In this document: positions 47,314-61,705 of the stretch, in pieces | How positions within the stretch are numbered: position 1 is the first letter of the stretch | Layout: each line of letters opens with the position of its first letter | The notes under the pieces: model-generated | Databases searched by the model: none | The model's input: the letters and a program-made list of their open reading frames with translations, nothing else | What the model was told of the DNA's origin: nothing | Made by a program: the position numbers and the translations under genes | Source: Marsupella aquatica | Taxonomy: Eukaryota; Plantae; Marchantiophyta | NCBI GenBank assembly: GCA_973895155.1 | Contig: OZ316896.1 | Span: 1,674,001 to 1,738,000, forward strand | Direction of reading: 5' to 3' | DNA: 64,000 nucleotides

Positions 47314-50300
47314 ATTTTCTTTCTTCATTTTCAGACGAGATATTTCCACGAGATGAATGATTTATCTCAATCCTGTAAATGGACCTGAGAGTATTTAATT
47401 TATGTTATGATTAGAAATTGTAAAAATCAAAATCCAGCGTGTCTAATTTGCTTTGGATTCTCATCTTGGCAGGCTTTACCTGATTCAGGGTCGATTACTC
47501 GCCATCTTAGCCTGCAGCTTTAGGGCAACCATTTCAAGCAGTTTGCTTGAGCAACGTAACTAAGGTGGCCTGATTTTGGTGTACCTCTGTATGTACATCA
47601 TGAGACGGATAATGTGAAGAAGAATGAGGCTGTACAGGAGGGCTGATATATGATACAAACGTCTTTGACATCGAGTCAAGGCTACCTTTGGAGAGTGTGT
47701 TACTAATGTACTTCCAGACTTGTACCTTAGCCTCGTTCAATCGGTACTAGTCCTTGCCAGTCTCTTGACTGATGGGAATCTTGGACTCTTGATTGAGGTA
47801 TCTTGAGTCAGATAGCAGGTTTAGGGCAGATCGGCTGACTTTGCAGTGGGTTTACCTTGGCCGAGGTGCTTGGATTGTGAGCAAATTGTAGGATTGAGTA
47901 GAATAGTGAACTGAGAAGATACGATGTACAAGCTATGCTATTCGAAGGCGCTTAGTTTGACAAGCCACAATGCTCCACGCCCCATTTTCCAGTCACTTGT
48001 GGGACGGCGTATGCTGACAAGTTCTGTACGAGAAGAAGTGGATCAGTTCAATTTGAAGGACAAAGACACGATCTCAAGTACTGCAGCACAGAAGAGAATT
48101 ACCGAGAGTAGACAAGAAAAGGTACACAGATCTTATAATTACTTTTGAAGGACTGAATGTCTGCGAGTCGGTTGATTTGGAAGGTTTGTTAAAATCAACG
48201 TCATGTAGTAGACTCTCAGAGTGGTTTGTTTTCCTTGATTGCGTCGTGTAGTTTCACTAGATTTGTATGCAGCAACCCATCGTTTTGAAACTTATGAAAG
48301 AGACTACATTGTTTGCAGCTTGAAGAAATCAACTTCAAGCCCCTGGCGCACGTGGATCTTCATTTCATCGTCAGCCTCGATTTTATGTACAAATATTTTG
48401 TCACAATTCCTCCTGGTTTTGAGCATTGATGACCGAGTGAATAAAACTGTACATATGATTTTCCATCTCAGCAGATTGCTTTCAAACAAGGTCAGTGAGA
48501 TGATTTCTCTTAATGCAACAGAATGTAGCTTGCACAGCCTCATTGTCATCGAGTACTCCTTAATAGCATCTCTTAACATGTCCTCTCAGAATCTTGTCAG
48601 GTGATCGTTATCTTGAATTTTGATCGACATATGCATTTCACCATTGTCATGCAGCACAGTTTTTCCATCTCTTAGTAACCTTCTGTGATGTCTATTATCT
48701 CCCTGTCCTATATTCATGCTCCTTGATCTGGTTTTAAATCCCTGACGATATTGGTGTCAGATGATGTTGGGGGCTTTGTTGATGGGATAGGTTTGAATTG
48801 AGTCTGGTGTGATCACGACCGAAAGCTCGTTTGATGGCAATCTTGGGCTTGTGGGTTGTTGGATAGGCCTTCTCTAGGCCTAAAGCCTTCTACAAAGTAC
48901 AAAAAATGGTCGGATGATCTAATGAGAGCTTTCTCCTGTTGGATAATTGCATGGGAGATGGTCTATCAATTTACCATGTCTCTTCTTACAGAACAGTTCA
49001 CACACATTTGATTCCTCCATCTTAATCTGTGGACCTCTACTGCACTTGCTTGGTAATTACTCAAATCCATGTTTCCTGCCGAACCTAGAAAGATTTTCTC
49101 CCCTATGGAAGGATTGGAGACTTTCAATGTTTCAACAGAATACAAACCCACGCCAAGATTGTGAAAGGCATATGGAACTCGTCATGGTTTACTATGCGAC
49201 CCTTGGATGCTCAGAAGTGAGAGCTTTACTCCGACTTATGTCGCATCAAGAACACAATATAATGCTCCTGATCCGAGCGTAGCCTGAATCTTGCAACCCT
49301 TCAAAGGAAAGTTGGATGATATGCTGGTGGGGATATATGTACACCTACCCCTCTTGCATGTTCGAAGTAAGAAATCACGATAGAACCTTGACATGCTTGG
49401 CGAGAGAGAGATTTCTACTTCATCATTCCCACCCATGCCTCATCGACAACGCGCATAGATTCTAATCTTTCTTGAAATGCCTGATACATGTGCTGCATGA
49501 CCCATCGAAAAGCTCAACTACCGAGTAAAGACAGAAAAATCTGCAATCGGTTCACTGCAAATCAGTCGCGAGTCACAATGATTAGCCACCGTTCAACATG
49601 AGCGTGCGTCTGACCTGCGGCGACGTCACTCCACTACTAAATCATTCGTGACGCAGTGACCTTAATTTCCACCGATTCCGTCCGTTTCCCAGCGCTTGGT
49701 TTTCGGCTCCCAAGTAACGAGGTTTTTGTGTTCAATTAGATTAGTCAGGCTCTCGCAACCTTCACAATTACAGTACTGTATTCAACGTTGAGTGACTAAT
49801 AAGGTAGACTTCTCGCGAGGTTGGAGCATTTCCATAGTGACATCAGCGGTTACTTAGTCGAGCACTTCGGTCAATCAACTACCTTACTTTGCTGAAACTG
49901 AGTACTTTTCAGTTCGGTATTAATTATTCTGTTGTCCAAACTAAAACTAAAGGAATCATGTTTTATAGATTCTTTCAATTCACACATTCACCTGAGAAAT
50001 CTGTCGGGCAGTGACGGGATACAGAGTACCATTTTCCGACAAATTCTGACTTAGAGCCCCAAATTTACTTCCTGCTTTCATGCAGCACTCAGAATACTAT
50101 ACAATCAACACGAAGAAATTCATTAGCGTTCTCACGAGTCTGTCGTAGAAAGCCTGGACTAGATCGGCAGCTCGATTAAACCCCGAAGTTTCAAGAAGCA
50201 TGCCCCTGGAGCTTCTCCCTCCCGTCCATGTAGACACCCAATCCCTTCCCATATATTTTGTAGCTTCATGGGCGGGCAGCGAGGGGACGTTTGACCTGCG

Positions 50301-50566
50301 CTACTCTCTTGTGAGAAGTTGCACCCACCTCCTGCCTTCGGGCAGGAAAGAAAAAGTGGAAAACGGACGTGGACAGTGGTGATGTCACCGTCGATGTCCA
50401 TTCCCGCGAGTTATTAGAGAGAGACTGCAATGCAGTATGGTAGGCGACCCAACCTCACCTTCTCATAATTCGACGTGAATTCGGCAATTCCGGTACTCAC
50501 GTCGGTGGCCTTCGGGCGAGCCTAATTCCTTTGCTTTCAGCTAATTCAGGCCGAGTTTACTCTTCT

Positions 50567-50808
50567 GGATCGCCACGATTCAAGTTCTATTTGACGTCGG
50601 TGATGTTGCGACGAGCAGCGCTATCCGCTTTGGGGACAGCCAACCAGAGGTCTAGAAATGTAGATGATTGAGGTAAGTTTAGATAATTATGTAATACGAA
50701 CACTGTTCAGGATCGCCATGAGTCGATTTCGATTTGATGTCGGTGATGTTGCGACGAAAATCGTCTCGACCTTATGGACAGCGAAGCAGAGATTTAGAAA
50801 TGTAAATC
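50567..50808. repeat. Diverged tandem duplication (~143-bp period)
   Basis: GGATCGCCA...ATTTGA.GTCGGTGATGTTGCGACGA...TAGAAATGTA occurs twice. Confidence 0.75.
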
Positions 50809-52450
50809 GCTGATGCAAATTTTGAAAGGTCATAATTGATTAAAGCAAACTTGATTGCTTCCTCGACCACCGAGGACTCAAACCAGCGATGGAATTGGTA
50901 AGTTCAATCAGCAGATATTCGAGAAAGACACCTCGGTTGGCGGGAGCATTCGATTTATGGAGGGCACCAAACATTATTCAGCCTCAACGTCCGCCCCCTT
51001 AATTACATGCTGATGCCAATTACACGATAGACCAATAGTGAGCCGAATTCAGTAGAGAGAGACCGAGAATTAGATCGCAAGACTGACAGGCGGCTCGATC
51101 GATTTGATGTCTAAGGGTCAGAAATAAAAATTCCTCGGGTTGTGAAATTGGACCTCTCTATACCTGAATTAAGGTTCCGAGTCTGCATGTGACATTACAA
51201 ATTTACCAACTCAAGGCATGATCGGTGACAACGTGCTCCATTCGTGTCCGGCCCATTTCTCTTTGCCGAGCGTGCAGACGCATCGACGAAAGAAGTCGAG
51301 TGTTCGGTAGATTTCTTGCGTGCGCTTAGCTTCGCGAACTGGATAGTACGTACTTCACATATATCGATCTCGAGGAACCTGATGATTATTGAAGTCACAA
51401 AGAGTGAGATGGACTAAGCTGGCGGTATCACTTATTGGGAGCGGAGATTGAGATCTAATCGGCGATTCGGGAAAGGTTTCGAGCTGGGTTCAGGGGTTGG
51501 CAAACTAGATTCAGCTTTCTGGTTCCATTTTAAGGTATACCACAATTCAAGATAGTCCGGTAGAATCTATTGAAGCTTCTCCGCGAAGCTGAACGCTTAC
51601 AGGCATCTATCCTTTGAAGTCGGGCATCAATCCTTGGAATCCTGCAATCAGGGGTATTATCCTCGCTTCTACTCCATAAATGACCTCGTATGCTGACTGT
51701 TTCGTCCTAGGGCTTGATCAAAACTAGGAAGAACTTGGTCATACCAAAAAAGTTGTCAGTGATTGATATTAAAAGTTACTGTGAAACGATTTGGAGTTTA
51801 CATCGACAATCCATTGACAAGCAACAAATCAATTCATTGTGTCAATCGTTTCTGGTATCTCAACACTAGTCTTCGTTTCTGGTATCTCAACAGACGCGTC
51901 TGAGGTTGAGAATGCATGAGCTCAAGACCTTGGAGGACTTTGCTTCTCGTGGACTCGACTCTAGCACGAGTCGAGCAGTACTGGCTACAGGATTCAAACT
52001 TTGCAAGAATGTATCGCTTGGCCAGTAATTGTCATCCTGCAGATGGTATTTTTCTAACCAAGACTACACCACCAGGCCATGAATAGGAAATTGTCAAGCT
52101 AGTGATTGGGATTGATGCATGTCCAGATAATGTAATTGTCAGCTTTTGACTAGAGTTGGTAGCGAAAACAGTTCAGTATGTATGACTGGTCGCATACCGA
52201 AATGCAAAATAAAGTGGCGTGATTAACGAATCGATTCAACATGACATCAGGCATCCCTCAACAAACGTAGCTCTATGTTTTAACTGCACACGACATGCTT
52301 TATTCAGACTATTTGGATGGTTACAATGCTGCTAAAGTTCACATATCTTTTGTTTCAACCTGAATGATATCGACCAATTTTTTATTCACCACGAGCTGTC
52401 AGTGACGTAATTTAAGTAGTTTTCAACGCAGGGATCGATCTCGAAATATT

Positions 52451-55411
52451 ATGACAGACCTGCAGGAGAATGTTCTCGAGCTCGGCCAGAACGGACACTG
52501 CCACATAGATGGTTCGCCTACGAATCGTGGAGAAAATTCGGCCATTGCTGACAGTGCAGATGTGGATGACGATGGTCGTCGTCGAAGACAAGGAACTGTC
52601 TGGACTGCCGCATCTCATATAATTACAGCCACTGTGGGTTCGGGGGTGCTGGCTCTGGCGTGGAGCGTGGCCCAACTTGGATGGGTCGCAGGTATACTGA
52701 TGCTACTTGGGTTTGCCTTCGTGACATACTTCACAGCAATGCTCTTGGCGGACACTTACCGATACACAGATCCCATCACTGGCACGTCTAGGAGGAATTT
52801 TAACTACATGCAAGCCATCCGCACTAATTTGGGTAAGCAGCATAGCCTCGAGACGCGTGACCCTCATTGTCTGTTACTCGTCCGGGAGAAATAGACAATT
52901 GCTCCAAGCTGTTATACTCTTGGACTGATGGAATGCAGCAGTTCGAGGACGCAGGAAGAGTTTTTGAAAAAAATGAAAAACGCAAACCTTTCAAATCAAG
53001 AGTAGGGTCTAGTAATAAAAGAAAGAAAATGTTCATATCGAGTTTGATTAAATTTAAGTGACTCAGCAAGCGATGAACTTGTTGGATGAAAAACTTTGCT
53101 GTCGTCGAAAAATTAGCTCAAACAAATACCAACCTAGTTTGTTTGGTAGAAATCCTCACAACGCTTAAGAATCCTAACTAAAATGATAATAGTAAATGGC
53201 CCGTTCCATTTGATTTTTTGGTCTCGAAAGCAATTATATAATTTATCTGTAAATGGCCCGTTCTTGTCATGTGAAGGAAGTACTGTAGTTGTGCCAGGTT
53301 CTAAGAGCCTGGGCTGAATGTTGCAGGTAGGAGACAAGTTTTCATGTGCGGACTAGTGCAGTACAGCAATCTTGTGGGAACGACCATTGGTTACACCGTC
53401 ACGTCAGCAATAAGCATGGTGTACGAGATTCCTGAAACCTGTCATACCAGGAGTTGTATCTTTCCTCGCCTTGTTTCATTGATGACAGTCCTTCACATCA
53501 AATTCGGAGAAATTTGTGTCCTCTGACTAACTTCTGCTTGACCTTATTTTGATCCCACAGCAATTCTGACTTGTACACAGTGCAGTGCAGCGGTCAAACT
53601 GCTTTCACAGCCGAGATCATAGGGCCCGATGTTATGCAAGCAACAACCCTTATATGGTAGCCTTTGGAGTTTGCCAACTGATGTTCTCCCAGATTCCAAA
53701 TTTCGAAAACATATGGTGGCTCTCTACAGTGGCCGCAGTCATGGCGTTTCTTTACTCCTCTATTGCATTCGGTCTTGGCATCAGCAAGACCATCGGTTAG
53801 GTTTTCGACTCAGTCTCGTTGTTTTCTGAATCCTGCAATGCGAATGAGTGAAGTACGTTGGCACTAGGACGTCCACGAAGGATACTGTACGAAAGAGTTC
53901 TTTATCACCTCGTAGGAGAAGAAAATCGAATCCATTGTGTGCCCTGAAGATTGGAATAGTTTATGTGCTCTTTACAGTTACTCCACTGAGTCTTCAACGT
54001 ATAGTCTGAAGAAAAGATGAAACAGATTCAAGCAGATTACAGACTATAACTAGGGTCATTCATTTGATATTTTGCAGCCACACTTCACTTGACAAAAATG
54101 ATGATCAATTCCTAATCCGATTCGGGGCTCTCGTGCAGAGGGCGGGCACTCACACGGAACTCTGGAAGGTGTTCATATTGGTGCCGGAAACGGATCCATC
54201 AGTTCTGCCTTAAAGACATGGAAGGTTTTGCAGGCTCTTGGCACGATTTGCTTCGCATATTCGTTCTCCACAGTTCTCCTAGAAATCCAGGTTTGCAGCT
54301 TTTTAACACTCCCAATCCAGCTTTTCCTCCGGCTGAGTATCCAATTTCTTTCATTAAATACCGAGAAACCCATTGCATGGCCTGGAAACATTCTTTTACT
54401 TATGCTTTGAACATTTATCGAGGATTTGAAATTGTGAATCAACTTTTGCGCTGAGTCGTCAATTTAAAGACCCTCTATTTTGAGACTGATATGTGGTATT
54501 TCAGTTTTGTTTGGTTTGCACCCGTTAGTCTGATCGTTTCTACAACATTGCAAAACTAAGGGAGAAACCCGTATCACTGATTACTAGTTTTCATTGATTC
54601 TCTGGTTGATCAGGACACTCTTAGAGGTCCCCCGAAATATCAGGCAGAAAGCAAGACAATGAAGAAGGCAACATTATTAAGCATCACGGTCACGACGCTC
54701 TGTTACACATCCGTGGCTTCAGCAGGCTATCTCGCCTTCGGCAATGATGCTCCCGGAAATATTCTCACAGAGTTTGGATTCTACAACCCCTTCTGGCTGG
54801 TGGATGTTGCTAATATTGCCGTTGTCGTACATCTCGTGGGGGCTTATCAGGTACATGCCATTACTCTCATTTATTTAGACATGAGGATGAGTATTTGAAT
54901 TTGCAGATTTGTGTCTAAGTTCATTTTGGAAACGGGCACTCTGGCCGAATCAAAAGAGTTCCCTTGACATGTACAGATTTTCGCACAACCAGTGTTTGTT
55001 TTGGTTGAGACTGAAGCTAGAGCAAAATGGCCGAACAGCAAATTCATTCACAACGATATCAACTTGAATGTCCGATGCTTTGGATCACTGCCCATCAACT
55101 GGTTCCGGATTTTTTGGAGATCTGGTTTCGTAATCTTCACCACTGTCGCTGCCATACTTTTTCCCTTCTTCACTGACATCACTGGTGTGCTTGGAGCCTT
55201 GAGCTTCTGGCCCTTGACCGTTTACTTTCCCGTGGAGATGTATATCAAGGCGAGAGGAATCGAAGCTTGGAGCAAAAATTGGATAGGATTGCAAATTCTA
55301 AGCGTCACTTGTCTTCTGGTCTCCCTCGGTGCCGGGATTGGATCTTTCGAAGGCATCATAGAGGATCTGAAGGATTACACGCCATTCCATAATAAGCTCC
55401 CAAAACATTAG
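52451..55411 (+). CDS. AAP: Amino acid permease (AAAP family), 504 aa; exons 52451-52832, 53327-53420, 53581-53795, 54139-54290, 54614-54850, 54977-55411
   Basis: DDDGR.RRQGTVWTAASHIITATVGSGVLALAW, RSNCFH, SQIPNF...WWLS, FAYSFS.VLLEIQDTL, GFYNPFWLVD, FWPLTVYFPVEMYI. All introns are GT-AG and the frame sums to 1515 nt. Confidence 0.96.
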
Positions 55412-56931
55412 TTAGACTTCTTTCCCAAACTTAGGACCCCTGTGTGCAATAATCGACAGTCTTCGCAAATAAATGCGACGACGCCATTCATACATCTTCG
55501 ACTTTTATCCGAGGGCTTGTATCTCCCAAAGGTTTAGGCCAAAGGTGGTCGATCAGTCAGAAGCAGTGGATCTTCACCAATGAAAAACTCACGAGAGGAT
55601 TCACGAAGACGATCAAATTTACGTGCCTTGTGGTAGAGACCAAATGGCTGGAACACCAATTCACAATGAATATCTCATGACGAGCCCATACTTCGCAAAC
55701 TAGTGCTGCAGGTTCTCTGGTACCATGTAGGACATTCTGTGGAGAGCTCTAATGGCATTATGACTTATGTCAACTTCCTTTTGTATGAAGTTCCACGATT
55801 CGCCTACCCAACGAAAATAAATGAAACCGATTATTGCTCGGAAGTTCATTCAAACTACGGGCAAAGTGTACGAACTCTCCTGCGTCAGTTACAATAGCTC
55901 TCCTTTAAAGATGATCATCCATCAATCAATCAATCAACTACTACTATAATAAGCAAGCGATCCATCCAAAATCTACTCGATCATCCTTCAATTTACAAAA
56001 TTCAAAAATGAATTTACCAGCCACTACTTTTAGATGTAGTCCAGTGTTTCTGACACCCTTGGATTGACTGAAGTGTGATACCTACCCAATGGATATACTT
56101 GCTTCTCCAACAGATATGTACAAGTTGAGTACTTTCTAGCATACAACTATTACATGTGAAATACATCAGTATGAGAGCTTTTTTGGCTTTCTACTATGGA
56201 GGAAGTGAACTTTCCTTTTTCTTTGGGATTATTTTGTTTTTTCTTCCCTGAATTTTATTCTCATGTTGGAGTGAGAGCAGAAGGAAAGAAAGGGAGGCGC
56301 AAGGGAGGAAGAGAAAGTATCAATTATCTGAGTTTCTAGTACTTCCAGAACACTAGCATTAGAGTTCCATGGATGCACAAGCCAACCACCCCAAAAATTG
56401 GAGACCCAAGATGGTCTCTGGTTGACGACCTGGGTTGTTGGGATTCCTTGGTGGTCTGCTGTACCTGCTGTGGTCCCCAGTCTCTCCCTGTCTTTGTCCC
56501 TCAAGAGGAGAGTCACAACCACATCAGTCATCACTTGCCTGTACTAAGTGTTCGTTGTTGTTGCTCCCATCAGTTGTTTGCAGTGGAATCTTCATAGTCA
56601 GCTGGGCTGATCAGTTGCAAAAGTAACTCAGCAAGGTAGCCAAGTGGGATTTTCCGCTGTACATTTTCATTTGGCCAGGTCAATAAGTGAAAAAGTGACT
56701 CCGCAAGCTCAGCAGAGTGAAATTTTCCAACTTGCAAGGCCATAAAGAGAAAATAATTGACCACCAAATAGATGCTCCCATGGACCTTAGACAGAAACGA
56801 CTACAGTAAACAGAAACCACAGAATCCAGATGGGCTAATTAAGAATATTAGCTGGGACATTGTGAGTAAATGCTGTCCATCTGAGTTGCAAAAATCTAAT
56901 CTTTTATATTAAAATTTCATACAGTCTCGTA

Positions 56932-57060
56932 TATGGTTATTCAGGCTTAAAATTTAAACCACCACAAGCCATAATTATTACTCTTCTTTAGTGTGTGATA
57001 CTTTTACTCCACAGTTTTATGGTTATTCAGGCTCAAAATTTAAACCCCCACAGGCCATAT
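56932..57060. repeat. Short tandem duplication
   Basis: TATGGTTATTCAGGCT.AAAATTTAAACC...GCCATA occurs twice. Confidence 0.75.
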
Positions 57061-58748
57061 TCTTCTCGATATTATTCACCTCTAGTGTGTGAGTCTTTTG
57101 CTCCACAATCTCAGGGAAAAATACTAAACATGTCGAACATGTGGTCCATGGCGCTTTAATTAAAAGCAGATGAGATTTTTTTGTGAATTTTACCTGGAAC
57201 ACAAGTGCAAGGTACATTGTACTTGTGATTCCGGCCCTGAGCGAGGTTACCGTGAGGCGACAAGGAAGTTGGACGGGGACTCGGAGAGACTACAGCTGGT
57301 GGTCGCCTGCTCAAGTGAGACCTCGGACTTCGATGCCTCGGACAACGACTTGTACTGGCGTAATTTATTGCCTTCTTGTAGTGACTCGTGTATCATCACC
57401 TCCATTTCATTACGTTGTACAGCAATCAAGAGAAGCTAGAAATCCACAGGGAATTTGAATTTTTGAAGGAGTATTTCGTTTAGCTTAGAGATTTCGACTA
57501 AATTGAACCTGAAATTTCACGTGCCGGAGAGAAAGGGCGGCATACGCGGGCTCCAAACAACCATAGCTGATAGCTGCTCGAGTTAGACCTCACCCGGTAC
57601 CTGCCTCGCTGATGAAGGCCGAGCCGGCCCATAAATCAGAGAAGAAGCGGCGGTGTACCGAAAAGTCAGGACTGTGAGAAACTCGTGCATCCAGTCCGAG
57701 CGGTTTGCTTAACCAGGAAGAGAGGAGCGGTCCCGTATTAATCGCTGGTTTTCGCATAGATATTATCCTGTCTAGGGAATTCTGGTGAAACAACAGAATT
57801 CAAGGAGTTCGTTTCCAAATAGATCTGATCCTATGTGTGAGTCCTCATGGCGTATTGCAGATTCATGGAATTCGAGCAGTGATTTATTTGGAGTTCGGCC
57901 GCACCGGAGGCAGTGCCGTGGTCATGCACGTGAGCGTATTTCTGTAAATGATTGGAGACAACTTGTCATTCTGAGTTTGGGGAGCTGCTGAGAGAAAAGG
58001 GGGCGGAGACGGATAGGCAGGAACATTCATTTAGTTGGATACATTCGTGCTCTAGCGCTGCATAGCAATCCAGCTGATGAACCTCGAATGCCGCTGACTT
58101 GGAGTTCCGTGAGCAATCGGAATGAGTCGTTCTAGAAAATGGTCGTCAAGTCTCTGAACGCCAATGAGTGGACGGTTGTTCGATACAGTACCCGGATCTA
58201 AGAGAGGGGTCGATCATAAGTGGCAGAGGTTGTGATCCCTGGCTGTTGGGCTCAGACATTAAGTCGATTCAAAATTTGAGACAAAGTTGGATTCCTTCGA
58301 ACTAGTTTTGTCGACAAGTTGAATCCAAATAGATCTCAGCAACTGGCCATCCTGCGAACTTTGGATTCAGATCTCTATCTTTGCCACTAACAATTAAACT
58401 GGTTGTGAAGTAACTAAGACCAGGCACCCACCGAGTAGTTCATTCTGATCGAGAGTTGTCGATGAAGCTCGTGAACTACAAACTACATCAAATGTCTGCA
58501 CACCACGTTAGATCATGGCCTGGGGGATTATTGTTCGAGGTATCAAGTCCTTCCTCAAGTGGCAGCCTCAAGAAAATAATGGTAATACTGATCATCGACG
58601 GAATTTAGAAGTTGCTGACAAAGGGAGCGTTGGCACCAGTGTCCACTCAAGCTCAGCGATTAATTGTTAGCTGGTGGTTTGCCTCGAGGATTAGAGTTCA
58701 GTTCCAGGATCCTCGAAGCAACTTGCGGAGCTATCAGCACTTGACAGG

Positions 58749-60245
58749 ATGAGCCATATTGCGGAGCACTGCTGTAACTCGTACAACTTCTGGGCATATA
58801 TAGCAGCAATTCTGTGTTTGCTACTCTTTGCCGGTTTGATGTCCGGTCTGACCTTAGGCCTAATGTCTTTGAGTTTAACTGATTTGGAGGTTATCAGACT
58901 GTCTGGGAGTCCTAAAGATCGCATAAACGCTGCAAAAATCATCCCAGTCGTGAAGAAACAGCATCTGTTGCTCGTAACTCTTCTTGTGGGCAACGCTATG
59001 GCCATGGAGGCTCTCCCGTTGTTCTTGGACTCTTTGGTGTCGACTTGGATGGCAATCCTTATTTCCGTTACGCTACTCCTGACGTTTGGAGAGATTCTTC
59101 CGCAAGCGATTTGCTCGCAGTACGGGCTGGCGGTAGGCGCAACGATGGCGCCTTTCGTGAAGGTACTATTAGTTGTTATGTTCCCGATTGGCTGGCCGGT
59201 GAGCAAGGTCCTTGACAAGATTCTCGGCACAAAGCACAACAACCTGTTTTGCCGCGCAGAGCTGATCACCCTCGTGAATATGCACAGCAATGAGGCCGGC
59301 AAGGGGGGCGAATTGTCGAGTAGAGAAACTAATCTCATTGCGAGGACCCTGGAGCTTGCAGGCAAGACTGCTGCAGATGCTATGACGCCCCTCAAGTCCG
59401 TCGTTTCCGTCGATGTGCAATCCAGGATTGATGAAGATGTGAGGAAAAGAATCTTCAACAGCGGGCACAGCAGAATTCCGGTCTACTCTGGAAAACAGAA
59501 CAACATCAGCGGCCTCATTCTTGTCAAGAACTTGTTTAATTTCGCCACCAGCCAGTCTGAGTTAGCCAACCTTTCGATCATCGACTTGCCGATTAAGGAA
59601 ACTCAGCGGTTTCCCGTAGGCATGCCTCTTCACAGTGTACTACAGGAATTCTGCCATCACCGAACCCACATGGCTGTAGTCGTGGGCCCGGTCACGGTGC
59701 GTTCTATGGGAGGCCACGCTGAGGATGACCCAGAACAAGAGGGCAAAGCTGGGGCTGAGCAAGAGGATAAAGAGGAAATTGTAGGCATTATTACTCGAGA
59801 GGATGTTCTCGAAGAGCTACTGAAAGAGAGTATGGAACTCGAGAATTCCGACCGTAAAGTTGGAATCGTGGATGATCAGGACTTTGCTGTCAACAGCAAG
59901 ACTTCACTCTCTGAGACTTCACCAAAAGAAGGACCTCATTTTGCGACTGAATTTCGATCCATGGACGTTGCTGAGCTGCCGTCTGTCACCTCTATGCTGT
60001 CAAATGCATCGGCAACACCCGTGCCGTCCAATACTTCACCGCCACCAGGACAGATTAGCCAGCCAGAGTCTGAACGGCAGCCAAACTCGAGAAGCAATGG
60101 CGTCAAGTCGCCTCGCAATGCGCTAATAAGAACTTTGGCTCCTGTATCTGTTCTTCGTGGTCACGAATCCCCCCTTGCTAGGCAAACAGCTGGCTTTGGC
60201 AGAATAATGTCGACAAGACATGGTGCCTCATATAGTATATCATAG
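58749..60245 (+). CDS. DUF21 (CNNM) plus CBS-pair metal-transport protein, intronless, 498 aa
   Basis: FAGLMSGLTLGLMSL, HLLLVTLLVGNAMAMEALP, FGEILPQAIC, GHSRIPVY, HMAVV, VGIIT.EDVLEELL. Confidence 0.95.
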   Translation: MSHIAEHCCNSYNFWAYIAAILCLLLFAGLMSGLTLGLMSLSLTDLEVIRLSGSPKDRINAAKIIPVVKKQHLLLVTLLVGNAMAMEALPLFLDSLVSTWMAILISVTLLLTFGEILPQAICSQYGLAVGATMAPFVKVLLVVMFPIGWPVSKVLDKILGTKHNNLFCRAELITLVNMHSNEAGKGGELSSRETNLIARTLELAGKTAADAMTPLKSVVSVDVQSRIDEDVRKRIFNSGHSRIPVYSGKQNNISGLILVKNLFNFATSQSELANLSIIDLPIKETQRFPVGMPLHSVLQEFCHHRTHMAVVVGPVTVRSMGGHAEDDPEQEGKAGAEQEDKEEIVGIITREDVLEELLKESMELENSDRKVGIVDDQDFAVNSKTSLSETSPKEGPHFATEFRSMDVAELPSVTSMLSNASATPVPSNTSPPPGQISQPESERQPNSRSNGVKSPRNALIRTLAPVSVLRGHESPLARQTAGFGRIMSTRHGASYSIS

Positions 60246-61591
60246 CTCTAAGTAAGCAAACTAACTGTACTATTGTTAGAGAATACCTGAACTGATTCTG
60301 TTCATGACACACTCAGTCCTCGCTGCAATTCTCGCCTCAGGCATTTTTCTAGATTTTGGATGATGTACATACTATAATCTACTACCATATATTCAAGACA
60401 GCCAGTTCTGTATACCTGAATGCAGGAATGTCGGCGAGGATGCATAGCTATACCAAATACTTCAGCTGTGGATTTGTATTTCTATTGGGATTTTCCACTC
60501 AACGAAGGACAAATTCATTTCAGCTAGGATTGGATTTGATTTCCATTGGGAACTTAATTGTACAGTGCATGAGAGAAGAACCAGATGCACATACAATAAA
60601 TTCATAACTATCTGGAGTACGGTGTTAGGAAAACCTTCGAGAAAATCTTTATTGTACAGTATTTCAGTAAGGCATAGTCTCCATTCTGAATTGTTACCTC
60701 TTGAGAAAGAATTTGAGGAGTAAACCTTTCTAATTAAAGTAGCTACTAGTCCGGTTGCAAGTGAAATCTTCTCAAAATACTGCATCATGTGCATAAATTC
60801 TTGAAGCTAGTCGAGTTGCCAGGGAAACCTTTACGATATTACTACTGCACCGTTTGTGTACACTTTCAAAGGGTATGCTGCTGAATGAATTGAGCAAACG
60901 AAAACGTTGAGAACTAATCGGAGGGGGCGAACAACTCCACTCTATGGACTGTACTACTTGAGAATTCCATGATGAAACCAGTTAATGACTCCTAGTACTC
61001 GAAGATGGTTAGAGCCTCTAATCTGGTAGTCGTACAGGACGTGATAGAAATTATTTTCTTCCGTATCCGGACTGCATGATATCCAGCGTACTGCAATTGC
61101 CTTCACCAGTTCATACGGTGATCAACATCCATCACATCATTTTACATTCCCCCACCAGCAGCTGCCCCAACCACTTCTCGCAATAACAAATCGTTCCTTG
61201 CCACAATGAATATCCCTTGCCTGTCATTGTCCTCCTGCTTGCTTGCCTGTAGCCAAACATCAAAATGTGGTAATATACGGTGCGGGATATCATGGTATGG
61301 AGTGATGTGGCGTCATATTTTGATGTGCAGTTATGGTGCCCTCCTGCTTGTCCCCAAAGTGTACAGCTGCGCCAGTTTTCGAGCAACATGATAGCCCCAA
61401 TTATGGCTGCATAGAAGTAGTACAGTCAATCTGCACTAAATCTTCCACTGCACTTCATGACTCTGTCCTGGATACACGGCCCGACTGCGACGACCGTCTG
61501 TACCATCTTGCAGTGATCTTTGATACCAGAGCAATCGCGTTCTCCAAGACGATAAATCCCGGTGGGAACTTCGTCTTCTGTCTGCAGCGCC

Positions 61592-61705
61592 ATATGATGG
61601 AGATTGTGGACGGTTCAGTGCATGCGCCTAGTTTGTGTGGCTCCCAGTCATGATGGAGATTGTGGACTGTGCACTGCATGCGCCTAGGTTGTGTTGCTCC
61701 CAGTG
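61592..61705. repeat. ~57-bp tandem duplication
   Basis: ATGATGGAGATTGTGGAC...TGCATGCGCCTAG.TTGTGT.GCTCCCAGT occurs twice. Confidence 0.85.

Noticed and set aside
48304-48579. Detached RGS box for the 7TM gene (KIFVHKIEADDEMKIHV)
   Set aside because: Opposite strand, lacks the other RGS motifs, and is surrounded by stops. The resemblance is too weak.
35325-57383. CACTA element (CACTACAAGA ... TCTTGTAGTG)
   Set aside because: Only 10 bp match, flanks CAT vs ACT give no 3-bp TSD, and there are no subterminal repeats or transposase.
58691-59458. 255-aa minus ORF
   Set aside because: Antisense shadow of the DUF21 gene.
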